Of a DNA stretch of 64,000 nucleotides, positions 41,620-54,473 are shown piece after piece. The number at the start of each line of letters is the position of its first letter. Position 1 is the stretch's first letter. The stretch spans positions 10,974,001 to 11,038,000 of the forward strand of contig CM060733.1 in the NCBI GenBank assembly GCA_030704615.1. Reading direction: 5' to 3'. Source of the DNA: Takakia lepidozioides. Its lineage: Eukaryota; Plantae; Bryophyta. The position numbers were made by a program, and so were the translations under genes. The notes under the pieces are model-generated. The model was given only the letters and a program-made list of their open reading frames with translations. It was not told the DNA's origin and did not search any database.

Positions 41620-42270
41620 TCTCTTCATCTCTGTGGTGCTATTGTAGGGTGACTTCAATGCCCAAGTGGGCAAAGGGCTCCATCAGGACGATATCATTGG
41701 GTCTTTTGGTGAGGACGAGCTGAATTCTAATGGCAGACGGTTAATTAACTGTCTGGAAGAGCTTCAGCTTTTGACCTTGATTAACAAGACAAGAGGTGAC
41801 CAAGTGCAGTGGACTCGTGGAAATCCCAAACTGGGGAACGTTCCATTGTGGACTATATCATAATGGACAAAAATTTGTTCCCCTGTGCCAATGTGTTGAT
41901 CACAGAACTGATATTGGTACCCTCTGACCACTTTCTGGACTGAGATCAAAAGGTGTTTTCCCAAGGCCAGTAGAAGAGATTCTCAAGGACCTGGACCTGG
42001 ATCCGCAAGTCTTGACCCTGCTGGATAAATCAAACTTAGAGGCTGTAGTGTCCAAAGCCATGTCTATTGCCATGAGATTGTCTGATGAAAATGAAGTTAG
42101 GCATAAAACTTCCCTGAACTTGTTTCTAGTCAGTGACATGGGGGAGGACATCTTGGATGACCTCAAGGGTCCACCCACTCTCGGCACTAGACTGAAATTT
42201 AAACTCAGGGAAGGAAGCCTACCTTTGAACATGAAACAGAAGTAGAGAGGAAAAGGGGAGTGCACTCTCC
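41620..42270 (+). mobile_element. Deleted LINE fragment (endonuclease piece joined to C-terminal piece), inverted copy of the family at 42790-45500
   Basis: GDFNAQVGKGLHQDDIIG..GEDE and LGTRLKFKLREGSLPLN; near-identical to the reverse complement of 44750-44815 and 43160-43450. Confidence 0.85.
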
Positions 42271-42789
42271 CAAGTGAACCTGCATCATTCAGTTGGCAAG
42301 ACCGTGTCTGAAAAATTGATCCATTTGAAGACACCACGGTGCAGCTGAGCACAGCCTGACATGACAACAATTAAACATCATACTGAGACAAGAGAAGCAG
42401 TCAAGGACACAGTCATGCATATGGCAGCAAGTGATCACCCTTCAAACATGATTGAAAACATACATGAGGTCAAAGGCATAAGAAATCAGCGAAGGGTACT
42501 GCAGCTAACAGTTGGAGTGTCTTTAAAGACAAAGGGAAGAGAAAGAAACACTTCACTGGCAATGAGGGGAGGCTGTGGAAACGCCAAGAGGATGGCACAA
42601 ATGGTAGAAATAACAGGGCTGGGCAAAGGATCCTGCAGGAAGAAGAAAGAGTATGTCAGCATGGAAAGGACGTGCAGCTCATTCCAACAGAAAGGGGAAC
42701 ATTCGTGCAAATAAGTACAACAACCAATTGCCCTTCAATTATGGCTGGAATTTTCCAAAAGGCGAGGGATGATAAGGATGAGATTGTAC

Positions 42790-45500
42790 TCATAAGACGT
42801 TGTTTGCCGTAGCCTTGTGGCCATTGACCCGCGCCCAGTTTCAGTGGGAACAAAAGGAACAGGGCTGACGTTGGTAGTAAGACTTACCATCGTATAAGGA
42901 ATTAATCCGGGTTTTCCAGATATCCTCTAGAAAACCCTTCACACAAGCATCAATCTGCTGTGTGTGATTTGCCCAAAAACTAGGCCTCAGGAGGGCCTGG
43001 GCTTTTGGCTCAGCCTCGAGACTTTCAAAGTTGGTAAACAGGGGTACAGGCACCATTCCCTTGATAGAATTGAAGAGAGCCTCTCTTTGGTGAGAGAACC
43101 CGGACAGCGTATCAGAAAATGAATATTGTCTTCAGATTGCCCACACAACGGACAATTGCACTCTCCCTTTCCTCTCTGCTTCTGTTTGCTGTTCAAAGGT
43201 AGGCTTCCTGCCCTGAGTTTAAATTTCAGTCTAGTGCCAAGAGTGGGTAGACCCTTGAGGTCATCCAAGATGTCCACCCCCATGTCACTGACTGGAAACA
43301 AGTTCAGGGAAGTTCTCTGCCTAACTTCATTTTCATCAGACAATCTCATGGCAACAGACATGGCCTCAGACACTACAGCCTCTAAGTCAGATTTATCCAG
43401 CAGGGTCAAGACTTGCGGATCCAGGTCCAGGTCCTTGAGAATCTTTTCTACTCTCTTCTGCCAGGACTTAGCCTGTTTGACAGGGCGGTCCTGTTTCCAA
43501 GATATAGAGTCAATCAACTTAGGATATCTGGTGTTGGGCATATGTTGCAGCTGACCCCACCATCTGACCTTGAATTCATCTCGTCGGGAGCTTAAGGATG
43601 GAATGCCAAACTCACCCCCCGAACAGCCACATTGGCTGTTTTGGAGCATGCTGACATACACTCCTTAAGCACCCCCACTTGAATGGATTCTAGAGACTTA
43701 GCCTGGTTGGAGTTATCAACCCATATAGCAGATCCGTACTCCAAGGCAGGTCTAATAACGCGACAAAGCATGGTTTTCTTAACCTCAGAGATGACCCCTC
43801 TGCAGTGGAAAAATTTAGTGAGCCCCAGAGCTTTGCCCTTGCCAGTTCCAACAACTTTCCGGATATGTGCATCCCAATTACAATTGGAGGAAAACTCAAC
43901 GCCCAGGTAAGTGTAGGAAGGGAGGACTGGGATCTCTTGGCTACCCCACTGCCACTTAAGATCACTTCCTCCCTCTCCTCTGTCGTTGAATGCTACCACT
44001 GCACATTTGCTGACATTAGCCTCTAGCCCCCAAAGATCAAAGTATCTCTTCGCGCAATAATCAACTCCTGAGTGTGATGCCACGGTAGTTCCCCGGTTCT
44101 TCTCTGTCACCCTTCTTGTATAGACTGACAATGACCCCCTGTCGCCAGCGAAAGGGGATCATTTCAGTCTTCCAGATAAGGTTAAAGAGGAGAACTAGGG
44201 CCTCTATCATGGGATCGCCACCGTGCTTGATAAGCTCGTTGACAATACCATCAGGTCCACCAGCTTTATATCCATTTAAATGTTTGCTTCCACAATCTCA
44301 GAAGAACTAATGGGAGCGTTATAAGCCATTGAAATATACTCCAGTTCATTAGGGCTGTTTTGAATCATAGGAACAATTTTTCCAACTGTGTCCCTCCATT
44401 CAGCAGAAGACCCCTCACTGTTAGACCTAGAAGTTCTGCCAAGGATACTGTAGTGAGTTTCAAAGGTTTTGACAATGTCAACCGATGAAGTCACCACTGC
44501 ACCTTTAGTAGTCTTCAGCGCTTGTACTTGCTGACCGTTTTTAGGCTTGTACAAACGTTGAAGGGCCAACCATAATTTCTTGTCATTACCACCATGGTGG
44601 TTTGAGTTTATTTCACTGTATAACTTATCCCAGTATAATTTCTTCTGAGACCTAACAAGCTGATTGATATCTTTCCGGAGCTGATAGTACCTCGCCCACA
44701 ATTCTCTGTTGGTTTTCAAATTGCAGCACTCTTTATAGAGGGCTCGTCCTCACCAAAAGGCCCAATGATATCGTCCTGATGGAGCCCTTTGCCCACCCGA
44801 GCATTGAAGTCACCCAATAGCACTACCTGACCTTTGGCAAGGAACGAAGCACAGTCCAGCTTTACATCTTCGAAGGCTTTGTCTGCGTCAGCACTAAGGG
44901 TCCCCTCTGTGGGCATGTAAACACAACCCACAAAGAGGTCCTTCGTACTCATGCCGCCCTTCAGATTCAGTTTTAGCCAGATACTATATTCGTACCTCAA
45001 ACCCTTGTTGATAATTTCACAATTATCAAACAAGAAATCACGGACAAAGAATCCAACCCCTTTTTGACCGCGTTTGGCAGAGGCTGCCTTGAGAGTACAC
45101 ATCCTACGTGCCCATTTATAACCATTGACATCTCCAACCAGTTTATCCGAAGTTTCCCATGTTTCTTGCCCAGCACAGATATGAAGGAAGGACTTGTCCC
45201 ACTTCGAGTTGTTTCCTTTGGTTAGTAAGCCCTGAGAAGTTGAAAGTGGCCAGCCGCAAGCCAGCCCTTTGCATGTGAATTGTTTGTCGTCTAGGTAGCT
45301 TGGGATTGCTCCTGGACGCCCAACCGTTCTGCAAAGGGGGGACAATTACCCCATGTGTAGATTTCGCTCGTCTTGTGTAAACTCTTGAGTACAAATCCTT
45401 CAGATTCAGGACATTCAGGTTCTGTACACTTAGGGGCATCTTGTCCCTCTGGCTGTTTGGATTCAATAAGGATGAGAATAGGCCTGATACAGTGAGTACA
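42790..45500 (-). mobile_element. LINE (APE endonuclease + partial RT + C-terminal CCHC), internally deleted, nested in the P-like element
   Basis: LRLATFNFSGL, GQETW, VYMP, LLGDFNARVG, AGPDGIVNELIK, YTYLGV, IRPALEYGSAIW, CPLCG.SEDNIHFLIRCP. Confidence 0.88.
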
Positions 45501-46888
45501 ACCATTGTGTCACGCCAATCATTATTAGGAAAGAAAATAGGCCTAATGTGCTCATTATCTCTGATGACTGGGAATCTTGATGCCCATGTCCTCCTGTCAT
45601 TGCTGCACAACAATCCGCCACCACACCCGCATATCATCACCGATCAGCCCAGGCTTGCCCCACATTCCCGCGCACTTACTTCATCCCTTCGATTCCTGCC
45701 CTCTACATACATCACAACCTCAAACCTTCTCCCAAGTCAGTGCCCTCACCACATTCTGGTGCCCTCACCACATTGTCCTACCATGCCCTGTGGAGAGGAG
45801 GGGAGAGGAGAGGAGGAAAAAGAGAAAGCCCGCGGAAGGGAAGGTGAACGCGGGAGTGGAGGAGAAAGAAAAGAGAAAGCCGCGGGAGGTCAGGGGAGAA
45901 AGATCGTGGAGCGAAAAAAAAAAAAAAAAACAAACATACAAAACGACGATTCCACTATTCGATCCCGGGATGCATCGCGGCGGAATCGCCATTCTTACCA
46001 CTACACTATCCCTAAAAACTCAACAACCCCCTCCTGTAAAATTATATTTAAGGTGTTTTAAACCCCCCTCTGTATGTATAATGTTGTACATGGGGGGGTT
46101 TAAAATACCCCCTCCTGTGCACGCACGTGGCTGGTATTTAATGAGGAGTGCACCCCCCGGGCCAACACACTTACGCTACATCTATGTATCACAAAAGCAA
46201 TCTAAATATATATATACACATATAAAGATTTCCTTCAAGAGCCTTAAAGTTTCTTCCAAGGGGGTCGCTCTTGTGACGTCGGGGAGTTGCAACCTCCACA
46301 GCCTTAGTGCCCAGCCCCAACCCCAGCCCCAGCATCGTCGCCGTTGTTGCACCCCTCCACTGCCAGGCGCCCCAAGCGACGTCTTTGGATTAATCTCGGT
46401 TCTCCCCTGCACCTCGCCATGCATTTTATTCCAAATACTCTCTTCTAATCCTTGCAGATGTTGGTTATTATGTCTGAAAAAACCATCTTCTGCAAGAAAA
46501 TCGGCTCGACAGACTCTCCCGTCCGTCATTGTTCCTTCAGATCTTCAAGCTGGTCCAGTCATGTCGTTACCAGACTCTCCAGAACCACATCCTCTGCTCA
46601 CCTCCATCCTCAAAAGTACCTTTTATTCGGAACAGGCTGCTATTATCTCCCTGTCAATTGACCCTGTTTCAAGTGACAAATTCTCTCATGTCAATACTCC
46701 CCTCACTCAAGAGGCCAAACAAAACCTTTCTGCGTTGTTTGTGGAAATTAAGAGGACAAACCACAAAGCCCCAGCCAATTACTCCTGGGTCAAATCTCTC
46801 CATCCCAAAGATCGTCGTGTTAAGTTCTACTTTGATCCTCCAAGGCCATCAATTGGGGCTCCCAGCCCCAACCTTCTCAGCCTGACAG

Positions 46889-49233
46889 ATGTTAATTGAC
46901 CTTCATTCATGGAATATCAGAGGGATGGGAATGGACCCAGCTGCTCTCAAGAGAGTCAAGATTAAATCTTGGCTCAATCCATTCTTGCAGAAAGACTCAA
47001 TAGTCTTTCTACAAGAACACAAATCGAACCAACCAAAAATAAATCTACTTACGGATCACCTGTGGCCAAGGACCAATGCCCTTTGGAAAACAACCTCTCA
47101 GGGCAGCCGAGGTGGCACCTCCATCCTTCTCTCGCCCTCTCTGCAACCTTTGCTCGTAGCTGAAGAATCCTGGATCCCTAGACGTCTTCAATTTTGTGCC
47201 CTAAAGCTCCCAAACAATACAGGCACATTGGGTCTGGTTAACATTTATGCGCCAAATATTTCTTATGGCAGGAGCCAATTTTGGTCCAGTCTCTCGGACA
47301 AAATGACGGCTCAGCCCAACATTGACAGTTGGATCGTCATGCGGGACTTTAATATGGTAGAATCTCCATAGGATAGAAGAGGTGAGATTGGGCCTAATTC
47401 AAACATAGAGGACGTGGATCACTGGCTGCAATGCACCCAAATCCACAACCTGGTGGAGGCAGCCCCTCTTCCGCAGGTGGACACTGACCTCTCTTTCACT
47501 TGGACAAATAACAGAGCCCTGGAACACTTGCAGATGGCCCGATTAGACAGAGCCTATATCTCGTATAACTTGGTTCAATGGACCAAACGACAACAACAAG
47601 AACCAATACCCCAGGGATTTGATCATGCTCCAATTTCGGCTGTTATTCGCATACCACATACTCAGCAAAGAGGGAGAGGGCTGTTCAAACTAAACAGCCT
47701 CATGCTCAAATTACCTTGAGTTCAAAAAAGGTCTCCTCCTCGCCTGGCAACAAGCAGGAAATGCATCTCAGAACCCAGCGGATCGCTTCCTGGATAAAAT
47801 CAAAGCGGTGAACATACAAAACCAGAGGATGAGCCAAACGCTAGCAGCCATAAGAAAATGCAAAGTGTATGCTCTCACAAAATGCCTTAAAGTCTGCCAA
47901 CTGAGGCTAGAGTCACCTCGTTGTGATGAGCACACCTACCTCACATACCTGGAAGCAAGGAAAAACCTGGAAGTACACCACAATTTGAACGAAAAAAAAC
48001 TCAAGTTACAAGCAGGGGTGAACTGGTCCACCAAGGGAGAGAAAATGAGCAAATATTTCTTTGAAAAAACCAAGCTTCGCAGGGCGGTCCAGAACATCAC
48101 GGAACTGACCGATCAAGTTTCAGGGAATCTGGTTTCACACCCCAAGGAACTGGCTAAATTGGTAGCCACTCACTTTGGGAATCTATACCATAGCACTCAC
48201 ATCAGCCTGGAGCCTTCCCAGCTGCAGAAGGACTACCTGGCCCACACTCCCTCCATCCTAACTAGGCATAAGGCACAGACATTGGAGGGATTCACAGAGT
48301 ATGAACTGGAAGAAGCGCTTCTCAAGCTTAAAAACAATAAAGCCCCAGGCATGGACCGCATCACTGCAGAGTTCTACAAAGAGCTTTGGCCAGAGATTTC
48401 GGGTGACTTCACCCTTATGGCTAACTACTTGTTTCATTGTTAGGCAATGCCACCTGCAATGTCCCAAGGAGTCATTACATTGTTGTATAAGAAGGGAGAT
48501 AGGACAAACCTCTCTAACTACAGACCTATCACATTGCTGAATGTGGCCTACAAGATCATTGCCAAAGCTCTCGCCCTTCGCTTGCAGCCCCTGTTGCCCT
48601 CCCTTATCAGACCGAATCAAACGGGATTTATCAAAGGCAGATACATAATGGATAATTTACTGCTGGCCCAAGAGATCCCTCAATATGCAAAGCAAACGAA
48701 ACAAGCTATTGCACTGGTGCTCTTGGACTTTGAAAAGGCATTCGACAGGGTCGAATTGTCTTTTCTTCTTGCAGCACTGGCCAAAATAGGCTTCCCGCAA
48801 TCGTTTTGTCAGTGGGTCAGGATCCTTCTATCCACTTCCACCAGCAGGGTCATTTTCAATGGGGCTTTATCCCAACCCTTCTCCCTCCTTAGATCGGTTC
48901 GTCAAGGTTGCCCACTATCCCCATTCTTATTTCTAGTGGTGGCAGACAGCCTTGGTTACACTCTTCAACATAAAGCTCATCTGACTGGACTGAGAGTCAA
49001 TAACTACATCACTCAGCAGCCTACTCAGGTTCTGGATTCTATGTTTGTCGATGATACCTTTTTCATTCTTTGGGCAGAAACTCAGAACCTTGACAAAGGA
49101 GCGGAATGCCTGCAACTATTTTGTTCAGCGTCTGGATTCAAGGTGAATTGGAACAAAACTTGTGCTCTTATAGTAGGGGACCTCTCAAACAACAACCTGG
49201 GTATCGCTCCTATATTGGGGGTCAATCTAGGCC
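46889..49233 (+). mobile_element. L1-type LINE ORF2 (endonuclease + RT), first part
   Basis: SWNIRGM, FLQEHK, NIYAPN, DFNMV, RLDRAY, DHAPI, KAPGMD, YRPITLLN..YKIIAK, LDFEKAFDRV, RQGCPLSP, FVDDT. Confidence 0.95.
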
Positions 49234-49455
49234 AACGACACCACCGCGTGAGCCTGGCGCGTGAGCGTGTGAGCGTACACTCACACAACGATGACGTGGC
49301 GTGAGCCTACGCTCACGCAGCTGACGTGGCGTGAGCCTGGTCCAGGTCATGCCATGTCACCACAAAGAAGGTGGGCCTATAACCGTGGGGCCCCCAACTG
49401 CTGATTTCACCACATGAAGGTGAAACGGATGAAGGGTTTTGGGCTTTCCTGGAGT

Positions 49456-49720
49456 TCAACCTTCTCTTAACAGGAGCTTCATTTCCTAGAACTGAAATGA
49501 ACGTTGTGTTAACACAAGGTTGTTTTCCTGGAACTAAAATCAACATCGTGTCAACACTAGGTTATTCGGAGAACTTGTTAACAGGAGGTTGATATGAAGT
49601 TCTCCGAATCAACCTCGTGTTGACACGATGTTGTTTTCTTAGAACTAAAATCAACCTTGTGTCGGCACAAGGGGGATTTGGAAAACTCCAAGTAAACCTC
49701 GTTTTAACACGAGGTTGATT
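49456..49720. repeat. Cluster of ~7 degenerate palindromes (tcaacct-yGT-YR-AC-rAggttga family) downstream of the transposase
   Basis: Copies near 49456, 49499, 49539, 49572, 49608, 49650 and 49694. Confidence 0.8.
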
Positions 49721-49920
49721 TGATCATATGTCTATCTGAAGATAGTTTCTTGTGCTTGCTAATGAAAACAGAATGACAAACCAATGCCACAAATGCATTG
49801 GCCCACGCATAGCAAAGATGTTAGACGACATACATTGAGAGACAATGGACTTGAACAGTCATTCCATTACAAGTTGTAGTCAAGGAAAACACAGATTTCT
49901 TCATGTCAAGTACATGCTTT

Positions 49921-52900
49921 CTATGGGCTTGTATCCCGCTGTAGAAGTGTGTTGACTTCGTTGAAACTCATAGTGGCTTGGTGAAAGAAGAAGTCCCGCT
50001 TTGGATCACAAACCATCCTTCTCAAGAAGACAAAGTAAAGGTGTTTGCACGATATGAACTTCCCTCTCTTTCCCAAACTACTTGAAAGCATACCAACAAA
50101 ATCAGGACAGGTACAATTGGGAAAATTGGAAACAGTGATGTCGTACGTCTTGTCTTGCAGCGCAGATGCGGATGAGATCATGGTAAAGACCCGACCATAC
50201 CCTGGATCAGGCACTTCCATTGTTCCTGCAACACGAGCGTGAAGCAATCTCGCGGACTCGATTTTGCCATAGTGTTCTGCGGTTGGAGGGAATCGTCGAA
50301 CCAGCTTCCCATTACGTCTGGTTGGCCACAAGTGAGCGTCAGGCGGAGGTACCCCTGAACCGCTTGTACTTGAAGCACCTTCACGTGTAATGGAATGTCT
50401 GGCTAGGGAGAACCCGCCTCTTCCAGCATTGCGATCTCTTGGTGAGTGAGACCTGTGCCCATCTTCACAGGCCACACGGTTGGTGGAGTAGGCTTCCTCA
50501 CCACGGAGGGCCTCACTGTCCCGCGCACACATCTCCCGCAATCGTCAGCGCAAAACCAGAACTTGTGGTTCTTTGCCTCTCCTTGGCCGTAAGGGAGAAA
50601 CAAACCAATGAATGTAGGAGCTGCAGTGGATATTAATGATGTACATTTTTCATGATTGGTGGCCCTGATCGCCGCGCATTTCACACGCGATCCAGCACTT
50701 GTGCGTTCTATATGCCAAACCTCGTCCAAGCACATGGACTCTATTACATGCGGCACCACGTTCTGGTCTTCAACCATTGCAGTGACAGTGCTTGATGCAG
50801 GGGTCCGGTCTGGGGCAGAATGGCCCTCACCTGTGGATGTTCCGCAATTCCATCTCTGATCCAAGGGAACACATGGCGTCGAGAAGTTGACCCTGTCCGC
50901 CCTATGGGAATCTGCATCCGATCTGGGAGGGGTATCCAATTTCCATTTGCAAGACCCGAATCTCTCTTCGCCTTCCAGATGGGGAACTCTTCCCATGAGA
51001 GGGGTGCCATCTGCACATATGCTCACTGCCCGCGCTATTTTGCTGGGATCCCCCGATCTTTTGGCTGCCCGCAACATCAACTCGCTCCTGTCTGGGCCTT
51101 TGCCTCCAAGGCCACCCCTCAAGAATGACCTGTATCTGGTTTGCTGCTGCAGAGCACGGATAAGGTCATCGGCCGTAGCCACATACAAATCTCTTCTTTT
51201 TTTGCCGGATTGCTGCAACCAGGCATTGTGCACTGTCTCTGCTAGATTGCAAGACGGCATGTCTGCCATCTCCTCAATGGACATATGCTGCAAGGCAAAA
51301 AAACACAAAGCCGATATTAGGATGGGACCCTGAAAGATATATCCGAAGCACCCAAAGGAAGGTGAATGCAAACCGCTCACCGTTGTCATGGCCGCTCCCC
51401 ACTGTCGGTAACGGAAGTGCCAAAATGCGAACCAGTCTTCCAGTGCCCTCATGCTGTCCTCCGATGCCGCTCCAGATGAGTACCACCAGGCACGAATTGT
51501 CTGGAACAATGTATTCGCTTCCCCCATAGTTTTGGCGTCTTTGTACTGTTTGCACAGTTGACAATGCATACTCTGCATATCTGGCTTGATGTCTGCCTTT
51601 GTGTGTTTGTCCAGGGATTGTGTCCAATGGAAAAGACACGTACGTTCTCTTCCAGGCATTGGCACTTTTGGATCTCCCGTCCCGAATACAATGCGGACAG
51701 CGTTGAAGTTAGCTTGAGCACTGTAGGCCATGAAACCAACAAAATTGGGAGATGGGAGACCATTGGAGGCCATAACACGAATGAGAGCTTCCCACATGAG
51801 CTGCTGTGAATCTGTGTCCTCTGACTGCATGTCACACACTGCAATTGTCATGATACGCTGGTACACAACGTCGTAAACATGACATGTCATTGTGGTCCAG
51901 TCTTTAACCCTCTTGACGTGATCGAACATAAGGAAGCAGTTGCCAAGATCGCCACCCTTCTGCATACGTTCAACCAGGCTGACTCCGCTGCCCTCACCTT
52001 TTGTGGACATTTTGAACATGAACACTTTCATGGATTCTTGCGCCGGGAAAACGCTGTCTTGGATATAGTCGTACATGCTCCTTTTCTTCAAATCCATAAT
52101 ATTGTCCATATAACCTCGGCTCCCAGAGCCCATTCTTAAAGCGTTCACCTGATTCCTAATGTTTGGAGAAGTCAAAGTCGAGAAATGGTCCATAACAGTG
52201 TCCAAAGCTGGTCCCTCCAGTTTTCCTCCAACCGAATCCGATGCACACTCGTCCCCATGGCAATTGCAGATGTGGTTCCAGTTGGATTGGTATCCAACTC
52301 TTGCCTTATCAGACTGAGACTGTCTCAATGCTCTCCCTGTAATCCCCCTTGGACCCAGGGTGGTTGTGAAAACCGAAATGGACACAGGCTCTAGTCATGG
52401 TTTTGAATCGATGCACCACATAGTACATTCTGGCGCCACAAGGTGGTACCCTACAGAACTTGCACACAAAAGTGTTATTGTATGGTGGTGTCACACCAGG
52501 CTTGAATGGATTCTCACTGACACCATCCCATTCGCTTTGGTTTTGCACACCCGACAATGCGAAGTGTCTTCATTTCATGTTCTCGCATTTCAGGTGCCCA
52601 TTACAGACTGTTCGCCTGAATATGAGGTTGTCGTGGTTGTGAATATTGGAGGTTTTTTTGCGGCACCAAGGGTGCCCATCGTGCTTTTTGTCCATTCCTT
52701 CCATGAGACTGGAAATGCCCCCCACGCGACCAGGAGGAGGCAACTCGAATACAGTATTACCATCAAAAGATTCCGGCAAGAATGCCACCCTCTGAACATT
52801 GAAAGTGCTCCAGTCAATCCCCCTCAACTCACTCTTGAATCCTGCCATCCCACCCATGGCTTTCAGTTTAGGAATGACACTGGTGATCTCCTCCACATCT

Positions 52901-53276
52901 GCTTCCTGATGTGGACATGGCTGATCCACGGGCGGTATTTCACAGGAGTCATTGGAGGATGAGTCCGAAAGCTCAACTACAGTGTTAACGGTACTGACAA
53001 CCACGAGTGTTTTCTCCTGGGCCACTGATGCACTCTCCATTGTGTGGTTGGTGTAGTATGCGAAGGTTTCTGGAACGCATACTTGAGCAGTTTTCTATTG
53101 GCATCGTACACTTCCCTTTCAAGAAATAGAGTTCCATTTTCCAACCGAAACTGCGTTGCGAGCACGTGTTCATGCACCACTGCAAAACCGTCATCTTCCA
53201 CCTCGTAAGAAAAGGGCACAGGGTGGTCCTCACTGAAGGAGTCCGCGTCAAGGGAGCCCATGGGCTGGGTGGCCAT
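49921..53276 (-). pseudogene. Mutator-like transposase: GCM/WRKY-like zinc domain, DDE core, C-terminal SWIM finger; frameshifted
   Basis: DGHPW..TSN..FRRTVCNGHLKC...CKFC...CGARMYY..RACVHFGFHNHP (GCM/WRKY-like). FLMFDHVKRV, FMAYSAQAN (expected Asp reads TAC), CLFHW and CNLAETVHNAW form the core. CTCPDF...CKHLYF is the SWIM finger. In-frame GT-AG intron at 51288-51380. Confidence 0.82.
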
Positions 53277-54473
53277 CTTTCAATGTTGCTTCAAAACGCA
53301 CAGTTCACAGTTCGACGTTGCTTCTGATTGCAGGTTGTACTAGAGCGGAGTTTTTTGGCTGTGTAGAAGACGTCCTTACACACAAATGCAGGTGTCGCTC
53401 CCGCTTGCAGGTCTCCTAATGCGGTTCGGCACATCATAGAAATGTGTCCCCATGCGAACCAAGTGGCTGGTCGCAGAGTGCCCAAATGCGGAGTGGATAA
53501 TGTCAGCCCCAATCAAAGAATCCAACTGTTTTCTCACAGGTGCCCCACCAGTACATTGGACAACCAACTCAGCAAGATTGACTGACAGAGCCGCCATTTG
53601 CCTGTCATGTCAGAGATTTCAGATGAGATGCCCATTTCCATTCAATTTTAACGTCACTTGCACCGCTGTACAACTGTACATACTTCACATTCATCTAAAA
53701 CATCCCAAAAGCTATTACTCAACAATGAACTTTTTCGGATGAGAGGTGGACCCGAACGAATTTCGGTGGATGAGAAAAAAATGATTTCCGGAGATATCCA
53801 TAATGGTTAGATGGACACGTGTTCGCCATGCATGTGGAATGAGCATGTGGCGCGTAGGTCGTTCCGAGCGATCATCTTGGTGTGGAAGGCCTTGCGCTGA
53901 ACCCACCGTAGCCCCCTTTTTTCCTTCTTCTCCTTATTGTCCTTGCAACCCTGGATTCCGTAGAGACGGTGACCCCATCCCGAGGGAGAAGAAAATGTCG
54001 AAGAACACTTTACTTCACATCAAACAAGCAAAGGGTACGTGCTAAGGAGAGGATGAGGAAGGCAAGACGGGAACTTAGAATGGGAGAAGAAACCTCCGGC
54101 GGAGATGAGGACGAACGCCAAAACCCGATTCTGCAACCACTATTTGGAGAGGAAGGTCTTGAAGTGATTCCCGAGACGACCGAAGAGCAACCTCAAATAG
54201 AAGGGGGGGAGGACGAGGAAGTCAGCTGGGCTCGGGAGGAAGCACTGCGAGTGGAGAACCGGGTCTTGAGAGAGCAGGGAGGAGAGATGGACACATAAAC
54301 CATGCCGTCTGCCGTTGTTTCGCACCACCGAGACCTCCTTGGAAGCATGCTGCCTCCAGACCTCATGGAAAAGTTGAATGCCTCAGAAGCATCATCAAGT
54401 GTAAAGAGGAAACCGGAGGTGACTATCAACCCTCTTTTCCCTTTTTGTTTTGGTCTGTTCCATGCTAATCAGA

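Larger units (their letters stand above)
35858..46161 (-). mobile_element. P-element-like DNA transposon, 10.3 kb including nested LINE fragments
   Basis: TIRs cccgggggggtgcactc (35858) / gagtgcaccccccggg (ends 46161). Exact 8-bp TSD ccaacaca at 35850-35857 and 46162-46169. Subterminal ccccctctgta repeats at both ends. Confidence 0.88.

Noticed and set aside
46300-46312. tagtg as the right end of the CACTA element starting at 35385
   Set aside because: It has no extended TIR match (ttttc..gtagtg) and the 3-bp flanks differ (aat versus ccc).
45577-46899. 440-aa ORF as a real gene
   Set aside because: It runs across the P-like TIR/TSD junction and low-complexity sequence. Only its 3' end may belong to L1 ORF1.
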